Of a DNA stretch of 64,000 bases, positions 52,561-64,000 are shown in pieces. The notes beneath the pieces are model-generated. The model saw only the letters and a list, made by a program, of their open reading frames with translations, was not told the DNA's origin and did no database searches. Source of the DNA: Camelus dromedarius (lineage: Eukaryota); assembly GCF_036321535.1 (NCBI RefSeq), contig NC_087436.1, forward strand, positions 116,252,001 to 116,316,000, given 5' to 3'. Numbering within the stretch: position 1 is the first letter of the stretch; every line of letters starts with the position of its first letter. The position numbers and the translations under genes were made by a program.

Positions 52561-54459
52561 GGCTGTTGGAAAAGTCACAGCAGCATCAGCCGAAGTATTT
52601 ACTAAGGGCCCAGCTGTCCTGGCCGCCACACAAGGTGCTGTGCAAGCAGCCAGAAGCAGGAGCAGCTTTGCTCTGAAGGCTCAGATCTCAGGAGTGGACA
52701 GTTTTAGACAGAGAGTTCAGGTATCTCCAGTGGGTGCGTGCAACACGGCCCAGCTTACAAAGTGTGCCCTCCTCCCTGTCACCCCAAGTGCATCCTCTGC
52801 AGCAGACAGGACGAGGGACGTTATCTGGCTTTTACATGAGCGTCTGTGCACCTGCTCTGGGTTCCACAACGTGAGCATAGCAGAGTCACAATTCAAGCCC
52901 AGATCTCTGGAGAGCTCCATCTCATATTCTTCCTATTCCATCCAGTTACCTTCGCCACAGACTTTAAACTTTAACTTTTTATATAAAAATTATCACAGGC
53001 AGATGGTTAGATAAGTGTAGAGAAAGGGTGCATGGGCCAAATGGCAGGAAACCATACAGCTTATAAGCAAGGGGGCTCCTTGGGCCGATGAAGAAAAGCA
53101 GGAAACTCCTCAGTGATAAGAAACCACACATTTTGAGGTGACAAGTGTCCTGGAGACAAAGATAGGTGGGAAAATGTGGCAACCTCTGGCATCCAAATGT
53201 AACCTTTTGCTCATTATGCCCTCATTACAATAAAATTAGCCTTACAGATTAGAAGCACCCATGCACCGACACCATAACACTTCCAGTCCAGACTACATAA
53301 GAATGAAAATGCCTCCTCCTTCCGGGAAAGTGGAGCTGGGGTGAGAATCAAGGAATGTGACCCCAAACCCCTCCCTCCCCAGTGAATATTCTGCCCATTC
53401 ATTTTTACACCCCATATAATCATCTTGACAAAGAAATTTAGTGCAGCTACTCGAGTCTGCCCACTCTCTCCTTGAGAGTGTACTGTCACCTAGTATTAAA
53501 TTCGTGCTTTGCTCTCCTGACCTATTTGTCTCGCTTCTGCATTCCCTCTGCAACAAGACAAGAACCTACTCTCTGGTAACATAACCATGCATCTAAGAAG
53601 CAAATCTTAAAATGACAGAATTTCACATCTAAGAGACACCTAGGAACCTGAATAAACATCCTTATTTTATTTATGAGATACCTGAACTTCTCTGAAATGT
53701 CCAATAAGTCCTCAGTATGGTATATTCTTGGAAGATCTATGCCGAGAATGCAAGGGGGGCTGATGGTTCCAAAGCATGTTATTTGCATTTGAATTGAGAA
53801 TACCAGGAGAATACCAGGGGCCATATGTCTCACTTAGGTTTCTTTCTTCAACTGGTCATACTTCTTCTCATTACCCTGTGTTGCTTCTCTTGAGGCAACT
53901 CGTAGCATTGTTTGCCCTCTGAAATAGGAAAATGCCCTGGATGACATAGGAGAATGGGGTTGTTGAGACACTGGAAATAGAAAGGGAGAGACCAGGAAGT
54001 CAGGCTGAGATTCCCAAGTAAGAACTTGGCTTCATTCTTCCCAATCATGGAAAGTCAGTCCAAAATAAAAAGAATGATCTGAACACAGGGAGGACCTTAC
54101 TCAGCAGAGTCATGAGTAAATCTGGACCAAACACAAAATTTTGAAAATTTTAACTGAGGCAGGGGAGAATGACATGAAGGAATAGGCATGTCAGGAAGCT
54201 GGAAGTCATACTTTCCTTGAAAGTTGTAAAACTCTGGACTAAAATTAGATCCACAGAGCATTAAATTTGACTTTTTAGATTGAAGTTGACTTTTTGTCAT
54301 ACTCCGTGGAAATAAATTTAACTGAAACAATATGTTCTAAAAACTTCTATGTTTAGCTCCTTTACTTACAAAATGGAAAAAAAAAAGTCATAACCACACA
54401 CATATGCATTCATCCTTTTAAAGTAGATCAGCAAGATGAATGAAATAATGTTATTTATT

Positions 54460-55050
54460 TTTTAATCAATAAATCATTATGCATTTAATTGTAAGTCCCA
54501 GGGATAACATAACAAGATTAATAAGACACAGTTCCCTGCCTTCAAGGAAGTGTAGCTAGCAAAATAAACAAGGATATAGTATCTAAACACAATATAGAAA
54601 GAGCTATAAAAGATGTCCTTGGAAAGTATCATAGGGGCTAAAGAGTGAATCCTGCAACAGCTGATAAGGGGATGCTGATCAGGGGAGACTTGATAGAGGA
54701 GGTGGCATTTAGCAAGTAGAAAGATGGGGAATGATGTTTCTGAAGAAGAAATTGTAGAATAAAATCACAGTCAGGTGGAAGAATGAAACAGCATGCTTTG
54801 CTCAGTGAGTGGTTACCATTATGCAGTATATGAGATGAGATGTGGGAAGAAAATGAAAGATGAGTTGGTAGAAGAAGGGTTGGTTAGTATCACATGTTGA
54901 AAAGCCTTGGGTATCTGGAGGAGAAGCTCAGAGTTTATCCAGGATGATGCTTAGTAGGGGAGTAACAGTTTCCGCTGTCTGTCCCAGAAGATTGTAACAG
55001 ACAGTAGCATGGTGGAAGGAGTTCATGGGATGAAAGTGATCTTAATCCAA
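54460..55050 (-). mobile_element. L2 fragment
   Basis: 'aataagacacagttccctgccttcaagga...atcaggggagacttgatagaggaggtggcattt'. Confidence 0.65.
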
Positions 55051-55199
55051 ATATAACAAATAAATTTATTTTTTAGAAGATAAATCCCAAGAGAAAGATC
55101 TGAAATAATGATGATGATCATGATGATGATGATATGAAACAATATTAGTCAATTTTCTGGATTAAAATAGCATATTAATTATCAAATTTCTAAATTTAG

Positions 55200-56960
55200 C
55201 ACAAAGTTAAAATGCTGATGGTAGGCAATGCTGCTAAAGTTTTGCTGAACTCAGTGTACTCAGATGTTGCTAATGATGTAAATGGTCAAAACCATTTTGA
55301 AAAGAAATACGGAAGCACATTGTCAAAAAAATACATGCAGTCATATCCCTTGAAGTAACAGCCCCACTTCTGAGAATTTAAATGATATCCCAAAGCCAAA
55401 AGTATTGTATATATAGAAATGTGTATTTCAGCATTATTTATAATAGCCAGAAAAAAATACATAAGCACCAACAATAACACAATTATAAGTACATTGGATC
55501 ATATCAGTCAAATGAGATGTAAAGCACTGATTAAGAAACGTTTGAAATATGAAAAGTTCAGTTAATATGATTTTTAAAAATACAAACATATGTGTACATT
55601 ATTATTCCTGCTCTGTAAAATTATATGTGTGGAGCAATAAAAATTGAAAAGAACAAAGACAAATAGCACTATGTAATGTGTTTGGAAGGTAGAATTTTTC
55701 TCATTATAGTTAGAGTTGCATTAATGTTTTTATAATGATGTTTGTGTAAAAAATCACATTTAAAATAGCGATCATTTATTAAATATCTCTATTATGCTAA
55801 TCACTATACATACTTAATCTTATTTAATTCTGACAACATTCTATAAAGGCGGTAAAGTTACAATCCATCTTTTAATTGAATTTTAGTTTTTTCAAATTGA
55901 TACATGTATATAGTTTATAAAGATAAAATATTATGAATAATTTTATTAAAAATAAAAGCAGTGTCTTTCCCCTTCAACTTCAATTAATTTTAGTATTTTA
56001 GAAGATTCTTTCTTATTTCTCACCTGTACTTCCAAATCATGTGATAATATTACTATTTATAAATTTCAGCTTTAAATATTATTTATTTAATAGAATTAAG
56101 TCATTCTTTAAAAAAGTGTCTTTGAAGAGAAGCATAAAATTGATAGGCCCTGAGCAAATCTCATCAAAATAAAAGAGAAAACAAAAATTAACAATATCAG
56201 GAACAAAAAATGGAACATCATACCTAGTCCAGATATTAAAATTATAAGGACAATATCATAAACAATTATATGGCAGTATACTTGAATGTTTAAAGAAATG
56301 GGACAAATTAATTGAAAACATAATTTATTAAAAATGTGAAGAAAGAAATAAAAATACTAATAACAGCATTACATCTATTAAGGAATTGAGTCCTTAATTA
56401 AAATCTTGTCACAAAAAAATAAAAAATAAAAACAGGCCTGGATAACTTTGCTGATAGATTCTATCAAATATTTTTGATACCTGAAAATCTCAATTTAAAA
56501 CATTCACCAAAATATATGTATAAAATTTTCCACAGAAGCTTTATTCATGATAACTAAAAACTAAGATCAACTTGAATTTTTTATCAAGAGGAGAATACAC
56601 TGCATTATGGTCACACAGTGGAAAACTATGTAGCAATGAAAAGGAACAACTGATACATGTAATGACATAGATGAGTCTCAGAAACCATATTGAGCCAAAG
56701 TCAAGAGACAAAAGAATATATGTTGTTTGATACCAGTTATGTGATATTCAAGAACCAGAAAAATTAACCTGTGGAAATGGAAGTGCTGACCTCAGGGGAT
56801 TTTTTTTTAGACTGTGAACTAACATGAGAGACCTTCTGGGAATGGAAATGTTTTATACCTTGACTGAGATAGTGGTTTCATAGGTGGATACACACAGGAA
56901 ATTGATCCCCCTGCACATTTAATGTCTCTGTATTTTACTGAGTGCACGTTATACCTCACT
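55200..56960 (+). mobile_element. Cluster of ancient L1M/L1ME fragments
   Basis: 3' end motifs ('gtaaatggtcaaaaccattttgaaaag', 'gatgagtctcagaaac') and an ORF2 piece ('aacaatatcaggaacaaaaaatggaacatca'). Confidence 0.65.
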
Positions 56961-58087
56961 TTAACAAAAACCTTCCATGATAAGAACTATAGAGTTTCTG
57001 GAAGATTATCCACCAAACAGAGATAATGTGCCTATTCTGGGCCTCTTTCCTCTTCTTCCCCTTCTTTGCTATGGCGTGAAAGAGCTCACTTGACTCCACA
57101 TCTTTATGCTTCCAGCTGAGTTTAACCAGGGAAGGTATTCCAGATATAGAAATCATATAAAGCATAGAAAGCTGAGAGTTTATCTTAGTTGCCTGTTAAA
57201 AAAAGGGGAGGCAAACACACACAAGGGATGAGGCTAAAACTGTAGCTAACAAGAAAACTGTAAGACATGTTGAACATCTATGACCCCAAAGTTGGCTTCA
57301 TCAGTAGTTTTTTGAGGGATGTGTTCACCTTTCAGGACAAGTGAATTGGTCCAGCCTGTAGCAATGGGCTAGGGCAACGGAATTGGAGCCATCACTTCCA
57401 CTGAAAAGAATGAAAAGTGCCTGATGTTAGTATTTAAAATCTCATTAAACAGCAAAGAAGTTAGTGAGAAGAAAACTTGACCAAGCCAAGTTCAAGCAAA
57501 GGTCTGAAACTCAGACAGGTGAGCTTAGTCCTTGACTTCCCTTTATCCTAGACTGTGTTGCTACCTTGGGAAATGCAATTAAGAAGCCACTGTTGATTCT
57601 GGTGACCTTGAGAGGCTATAAATGTGTAGTGCCTGATCAACCATCTCCTACACTGGACTGGACCCACAAGGATGTAAGCTGGTTATTGTCATAGTGGTAC
57701 AGAAAGTGTATCACCACAAAGTTCACTGCTTTGGAACTTCAGTATTTTTCTTGCTTTCAGTTCTGCAGGCTAGTGCAGGCTGCTCTGCTTCTGGCTGAGG
57801 TTGCTGGGCTTGTTTTCAAGATGCAGATCAACTTCAGGTGTGCTTCCTATGTCTGTTATCATCCATCCATCAATTGCTGCCCTGAGTATGCTCTTTTCAT
57901 GGAGAAAGCCTAGAGAATAAACAGCATTATGCAACCACATCTAAAGCTCTTTTGCATTCTATCAGACAGAAAGTCACAGGCCAGGTCCAAGGATATACAA
58001 CTAGGGGGCAGGCGGACAGGGAAGTGAAACTTTTCTGAATAATATCCCCATTCATCCTAACACCTAAATGTAAAAGAAAATTAGCAG

Positions 58088-58431
58088 ATATTTGGTCCTG
58101 TCCAAAACATTCATAAGACATTTGGTCCATAAGACGCTGGACCCATGCCAAAAGGTCCTTGAAATTTGCAGGACCATTTGGACCTTTCCAAAGCTTCCAT
58201 AAGACATTTAGTTCCTCCAAAAGGTTTTCAATATTCGGTCATATTTGGATCTGTCCAAATCATCCATGGAGACATTTGGTTCATGCCAAAATTTCTTGAT
58301 ATTTGGTCCTGTCCAAAACCATTTGGCAGGGACCACAAATACTCATAGACATTTTGGATAGAACCAAATTTCAAGAACATTTTGGTGTGGACCACATGCC
58401 TTATGGATATATCGGGCAGGACTGAATGTCC
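58088..58431. repeat. Degenerate about 30-bp tandem array with an inverted arm (foldback-like)
   Basis: About 7 direct copies of an 'atttggtcc..ccaaaa' unit at 58088-58318, then about 3 inverted copies at 58353-58431. Confidence 0.85.
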
Positions 58432-58459
58432 TACAAGGGTGAAAGACATTATTTTTTTA

Positions 58460-59320
58460 AATATGCTTTTAAAAAATAATCTTGGATAATATCTGCAGGG
58501 ATGAGAATAATTTATGAAAAATGATACAAAAAAAGATATGGAATAAGACCGACTACACTAAAATTTGGAATTTATGTTATTAGATGCTATCACTAATGAG
58601 TGAAAAAAGTAAGCCACAAAAAGGGGGAAAATTGTTGCAACATGTATAACTGCTGAAGAGGTTGTTTCCAAAATCCATAAATGTTTCTAACAAGTCAATG
58701 AGAGATAGAAAATAAATAGAAAATAATTGAAACATTGATTAAAAATGTAACTGGACATTTGATGTAAGAGGGAATTTAAATGTTCAAAAATATGAAAAAG
58801 TGTTCAATCTCATTATTACTGAAGGAATTACAAATTAAAACTGGAAAGAAATATCATTATATGCCCACCAAAATGGCTAAAAGTCAATATCAAATGTTGG
58901 TAAGGAAAGTTTCATCTACAGAAAGAGGGTGTGTATATACTGGGACAATCTCTTTGGAAAACACTTGGCCTTCTTTACCCAGTGAAGTTGAACATCTGCC
59001 GACATTTGGATCTTGTAATCTCACTTCTAATTATATACTTTTGAAAATCAAGGGCATTAGTGCCCCAGAACACAGGGATGAGAATGTTCATAACAACTTC
59101 ATTATCAGTAACGTAGGCTAGAAATAACTCGACTGTCCCCCAACAGTTGAATGAGTAAGTAAGCACTATATTCATGAAACAAAGTTCTGTACAGCAATAA
59201 AATAAATGCAGCACAGGCTTATGCAATAATGTTCATGAAACTTGCAATGTAGTGGAAGAAGCCAGATTCTGAAACAATGCATGTTTATGAGTCCTCTTAC
59301 AGACAGTCTGAAAAAAGAAG
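58460..59320 (+). mobile_element. Ancient L1M 3' remnant
   Basis: 'aaatatgaaaaagtgttcaatctcattattactgaaggaattacaaattaaaac', 'tgtcccccaacagttgaatga'. Confidence 0.75.
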
Positions 59321-59519
59321 AAAAGGAGAAAATTAACGACATCATTAATTTAAAAGGGGATGAAGGAAAAGAGGCCTCAAAAAGTGATCACATGTCTCTC
59401 TCTGGCATCACATCCAGGAAGCATTGCATTTCTCCTTTGTTCACTTTACTCTGTGAGTACTGTTTTTCCCAAGATGAGAACTGAGAAGAAAAAACCTGCT
59501 CTATAGATCTAGGGGTGCT

Positions 59520-59931
59520 TGTCCTAGTTTGCTGGGACCATTGCAACAAGGTACCACAGAGTAAATGGACTTAACGACAGAAAAGCGTTTTCTCTCAGTT
59601 CAGGAGGCTAGAAGTCCGAGATCACACAGTTAGCAGTTTTGATTTCTCCTGAGGTCTATCTCCTTGACTTGAAGATGGTCGCGTTCTCCCTGTGTCCTCA
59701 AATGGTTGGTTCTCTGTTCAGGTACGCTTCTGGTGTCCTTTGCTGTCTGTGTCTTAATATCCTCTTCTCATAAGGACTCAAGTCATGTTGGATTCAGGCC
59801 ACCCTAACAAGCCCATTTTAACTTAACTGCCTCCTTAAGGGCCCAATGTCCAAATATAGTCACATTCTGAAGTTCTAAGGGCCACGGCTTCAATTTATGA
59901 ATTTTAGGGGACTCACTGCAACCAATTAACA
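59520..59931 (-). mobile_element. MLT1-type solo LTR
   Basis: TG...CA termini; near-TSD gtgct/gtgcc; 'ctctcagttcaggaggctagaagtccgagatc', 'tccaaatatagtcacattctga'. Confidence 0.88.
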
Positions 59932-60029
59932 GTGCCTGAAAACTTCCCATAAGGAAAGTCCTGACTCCTCGACCTTCCAACTATGCATTCTGCTCATAAT
60001 GGTTCTTTTTTAGGTAGCACCATGGTAGC

Positions 60030-60210
60030 TCACAGTAATTACGTTTACGACCTACCAGGCACTGTTCTATGTGCTTCACCTGCATTAAGTCATTTAATAC
60101 TCACAACCAATAAAAATAGATACTTTTGTTATTTCCATTTCACAGATGCCAGCATCAAGGCACAGAGATAGGAACTGTGTAGCTGGGACTTAAATGCAAA
60201 TGGTCAGATT
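60030..60210 (-). mobile_element. MIR SINE
   Basis: 'ctaccaggcactgttctatgtgcttcacctgcattaagtcatttaatactcacaacc'. Confidence 0.8.
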
Positions 60211-61189
60211 TCAGAATTTTTCTATTTTCTTTATATGGTCCTTAACCTTCAGGTAAACTTCCAAGTGGCAGAGGAGTTTTGAAGAAGAGGAGTGTGTGTG
60301 TGTTGGGCCAGGAGGAAGAGGGTGGGTGAGATTCAGAGACTCAGGCTTGAGGGTTTGGGAGAAACAGGGAGGAGGAATTAGAAAGTTGTAGAAGCCTTGC
60401 AAATCTTTGTAGAAGTTTTGCTACGTTGTTGTTATAATCCCTTTTTACGCCTGCCTTCATGGGACTTCATTAAAAATATGCTTTGCTTTTCAAACTTTTC
60501 CAATTGAGATTTGCATTTCTCTTGGTGAGTTTCCCTGCTGAGACAGAGAAGGCCTGATCCATTGAGGTAAAACGCACAAAATATTGCATGTAATTTCAGG
60601 CCATCTCAGTGTCTCCAGGGCCAAATTTCAGAACTCTTCATGTTATTATTATCATTCTAATAATGAAGGAGAAATAAAAGCAAAGCAAAATGAGGCAGCC
60701 TGGGAGAATGATTCCTTCCAGCGTTGTTAATCTGGGAGACAGACAGGCACCATTTCTCGCTGCCACACTCCACTCACACCGTGTGTCTGTAACTGCCCTT
60801 ACTGGGCACCTGGGGACACTTTGGAGATAATCACACACATTTCCATATTAAATAAAATAATCTGTGTGTTCTTGGGGCCCACAAGAGAGAAAGTCAATTA
60901 ACATGTAGGAGAGGTTGATCTATAATATGAGCATACATACATTTTCTTGGCATAGATTTATTGCTGAAAAAAAAATAACTAGATCTTTCCTTTCCTGATA
61001 ATTCATGGATCAGTACAGAGGAGATCTGTTTCTCTTTGTAATTTTTTTAAACAAAATGACAGATTGTTAATATGTCCAGTTTAATATAGATTTTTATGGG
61101 AAAATTTCCAGTCTTTTTCCCTTCACATTATTTTTCTTTTACACAACACTTTTCTCTCTGCCACACTTTAAGAACTCATCCAAGTTCAT

Positions 61190-61420
61190 ATACACAGAGA
61201 TTAAGAGCACATGCCTTGGCATTAGATGGGGCTAGTCTTCAGTCAGCTCTGCTACTCATTGGCCATTACTCAGAGAGTAAATTTCATTCTGAGCCTCAGT
61301 TTCCTCATATGTGAAATGGAGAGAATGTATGGTCTCCCTTAAAAGGTGATGTGCATATTAAATGAGAAAATTCCCATGCAGCACTTGTCATGAGAATGTC
61401 CACCCAGTGGGCACTCCATA
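61190..61420 (+). mobile_element. MIR SINE
   Basis: 'tctgagcctcagtttcctcatatgtgaaatgg'. Confidence 0.8.
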
Positions 61421-63199
61421 CATATGTCACCTCCCTCCTCCCATCACATCACCAACTATGCAATATGCCTGGAATATTTCTCTGAAATTCCCACTCCACT
61501 CTTTTTCTCCAAAATCACAGATAATACAAGGTCTTCTGCGTCATTGGCATCCAAACCTCTTGACCCTTCCTGGAGCTAATATCACAGTTTAAGAGCAATC
61601 ATTCCTCTGCCATGTCCTTCCTGATGGTTTTTAATTGCACTTTTTACCTTATGTGTTTTTTTATGTATATAAATCAAATTTCTTGGAGTTTGTTTGATTT
61701 TTTATAGCCTTAATGAATCAAAAGTTTTGTAAGCACTCAGACTCTGCCTACTGACCACTCTCCAGGGCTGGTTTATGATTTCTCTCTTAGCAAACTTTGA
61801 TAACAGATATAAGATTCACTGAAATTCTTTGGAATGTGATTAATTAACTCAAATACCATCATATCAATAAACACTTCACCTATTTATTTGTTTTGGATTC
61901 ATAAACAGCTGCAGGAATTAACAGATGAAGGACTTGAAAACACAGAGGGCAAGGATTTCATAACAGACAGGACACAGGAATATATAGGAACTAAAGTGGC
62001 TACAGTCATACTTTTCTTTTGGAACAGAATTTTACCTTCCACTTAAATCGAGGGCAAAAGGATTCATAATCAGCAATTTGACTTAGATTTTTTTTCTTTT
62101 TGACAATTTCTAGTACAATATAAATGCACTGTGACCAAAATGAGGGCCATACCAACATTTGAAAACAGGCAAAAGACACACAATTTTTTCACTAGGCTTC
62201 AGATGAAGCATGTTACAAAAATGATAGTAATAATAATAGCTACAGCAGGCCGGCTGGCTGGCCAGAGGCACAGAGCTTCTCCTGAAAGTTTGTTTACTTG
62301 TACAGCAAAATGTTTGCCATTCGGAAATGTGATAAACACTGGGGTCGCCAAGAAGATCAAAATAGGTTTGTGTTTTTTTTCCTCAAGAATCTCATCCATC
62401 ATCAAGAGATAATTATCACCCAATTTGCTCAGTGCCGAACAGACACACATGCAACAAGAGAGGCAACCAACCCTGTCAGAGGTTGCCGAGGGAGTCTCTG
62501 AGCAGAGCAGAATCCGAAAGGCTCGCTGAGGTAAGGTGAGGAATGGAGGAAGGAGGGAGGAATGAATAGCAGAGACACCAGGGAGAACACAAGGAAAGTG
62601 CAGAAGAGAGAAGTGACATGCAACAGGAGAACTCAGGTTACAGAAGCGCAAAGGCAGCTGTTGAGCTGATTGATGCCAGATCACAATGGATCTTGAAGTG
62701 TCTATTCAGACACTTAGATCTCACCCATGGTGCAACCGGAAGGACTTCAATGATTTTAAGACACAATTGTAATGTTGATCACCGTTGGCTGGTGAACTTA
62801 CTGTTTTTCAGATTTCTTATTCCTAGTTCCCTCTAATTTCTAATGGTTGCAAATAGTCATATCTTTTTGATTAAAAAATAGTTTAAAAAAGGGACCACTT
62901 CCCCAAAGAAACTTCATTGACTCCTTAGCTGCAAAGTCAATTTCCATAGTTTTCCTACCAGCTCTCCTTCCTTCTATTTTATTTATTGGTGAAATCTTGT
63001 TCAAGTTATCACTACTATATTATAGCACGTATTTCACCTTTCTAGAAGTAGTGATGCTTGTATTGTTCTGTGACTGTCTCTGTAACAATTATGTAGGCAT
63101 CATGATACGTAGCAGGGCCACATTGCCAAACTTCTTGAGGTACCATTCAGCCACACACCTTATCTTTGGTGACTGGTTGCCCTGGGGGTTGTAAATGCA

Positions 63200-63745
63200 G
63201 CAGATGCAGCAGCTGTGATTAAACAATTTTTGTATTTATCCTACACTCTAAGATAGTTCTGTGTGCATTTTCAAGATCTTTTCTCTTTTCTGACGTTATT
63301 AGGTATTCTTTCCGTAGGTACTATTCCTTTGGAAGGGTGGTATAATTTCTAAGCCATGGACTGTCTGAAATATTCTTCCCAAAATTTCACACATAGAAGT
63401 GAAAATTCATCTAACAAACAAAGTCTTAGGTAACATTCATTAATCCTTGAACTCAAGCATTGCTCCAATATTTTTGGCATCTCTTTTTTAAAGAAGTAGA
63501 CAACTGGTTGGATTTCTCTCTTTTGTTTGTTTGTTTTGATGAGATTTATTTATTTTACCACCTTTTCTGGATGTTTTCTTTTGAGTTCAAAACTTTTACC
63601 TGATATGAATATTTCAATATTTATTTCCTGGTAATACATCCATTTTCTAATCTGCAGATTCATTGCTCTTTGGCTCAGGGAATTTTTCTTCTATATATAT
63701 ATATATTTTTTTTTAATATTGTCTCTGTTTCATTTGTTCCAGTGT
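63200..63745 (-). mobile_element. Old L1 (ORF1-side) fragment
   Basis: 'tcagggaatttttcttct...tttgtctctgttttcatttgttcc' antisense L1 pattern. Confidence 0.5.
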
Positions 63746-63747
63746 AT

Positions 63748-64000
63748 TTATCATGAATACAAAGGAGGGAGCCACCAACCTTTCATTCAGAAATAGAGGT
63801 GATGGTCTCACTTGCTAAGCAAGGAGAGCTGTCCTTGAAAAACGCAGTCTCTCTGAACAAAGCAGAGCTGGGACCTTATACGTGGTTTTAGGAAACACAG
63901 GGTTAAGGATTAGAACACTCTAAGAAGTGAAAGTGTCAGGGACTGGCTGATATTTTGGCTGTAGGGTTTGAGTATTAGAGCACAACTGTAGCTGGTTGGC
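63748..64000 (-). mobile_element. LTR fragment running off the window end
   Basis: 'aagcaaggagagctg...cagtctctctgaacaaagcagagctgggaccttatacgtgg' LTR-like composition. Confidence 0.45.

Noticed and set aside
52403..53014. 203-aa ORF, the longest non-L1 ORF
   Set aside because: No recognisable domain; it spans the TATA-like motif and runs into MIR-like sequence; likely a chance ORF in GC-richer DNA.
54095..54340. Segment resembling an ancient DNA transposon fragment
   Set aside because: No TIRs, TSD or family could be assigned by eye.
58088..58431. Repeat array as a CRISPR array
   Set aside because: Units are degenerate, there are no unique spacers, part of the array is inverted, there are no cas genes, and the DNA is mammalian.
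61909..62046. Plus-strand frame LQELTDEGLENTEGKDFITDRTQEY after an AG
   Set aside because: No good splice donor, weak polypyrimidine tract and no recognised protein.
62199..62684. 161-aa minus-strand ORF
   Set aside because: No recognisable homology; composition follows the purine-rich plus strand.

Overview
AT-rich, repeat-dense mammalian genomic DNA, probably intergenic or deep intronic. The young L1 3' UTRs and the lack of Alu, Bov-A/BovB, PRE-1 or Can-SINE elements point to a camelid (alpaca or camel); that assignment is an inference from recalled consensus sequences. I found no recognisable host protein-coding exon, RNA gene or CRISPR-like array. Nearly all informative ORFs are LINE-1 remnants. 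Main contents: a young 2.7-kb L1 with an 18-bp TSD and a twin-priming 5' inversion (30397-33092); an older, internally deleted L1 (about 11060-14905); a near full-length decayed hAT-Charlie (Cheshire/MER58-family) transposon carrying nested insertions (20.3-23.4 kb); an ERVL gag-pro remnant whose LTR16-like LTR holds a young ERV1 solo LTR (37.3-40.2 kb); and many MLT1, MIR, L2, Tigger2a, CR1 and microsatellite pieces. The most unusual structures are a tandem-plus-inverted, foldback-like array at 58088-58431, a 66-nt hairpin at an L1 5' junction (16572-16637), and a 25-bp templated insertion copied from 1.57 kb away (45077 to 46647). I cannot support a novel biological system. Repeat family names come from recalled consensus features, not a database search, and most boundaries without a stated TSD are approximate.
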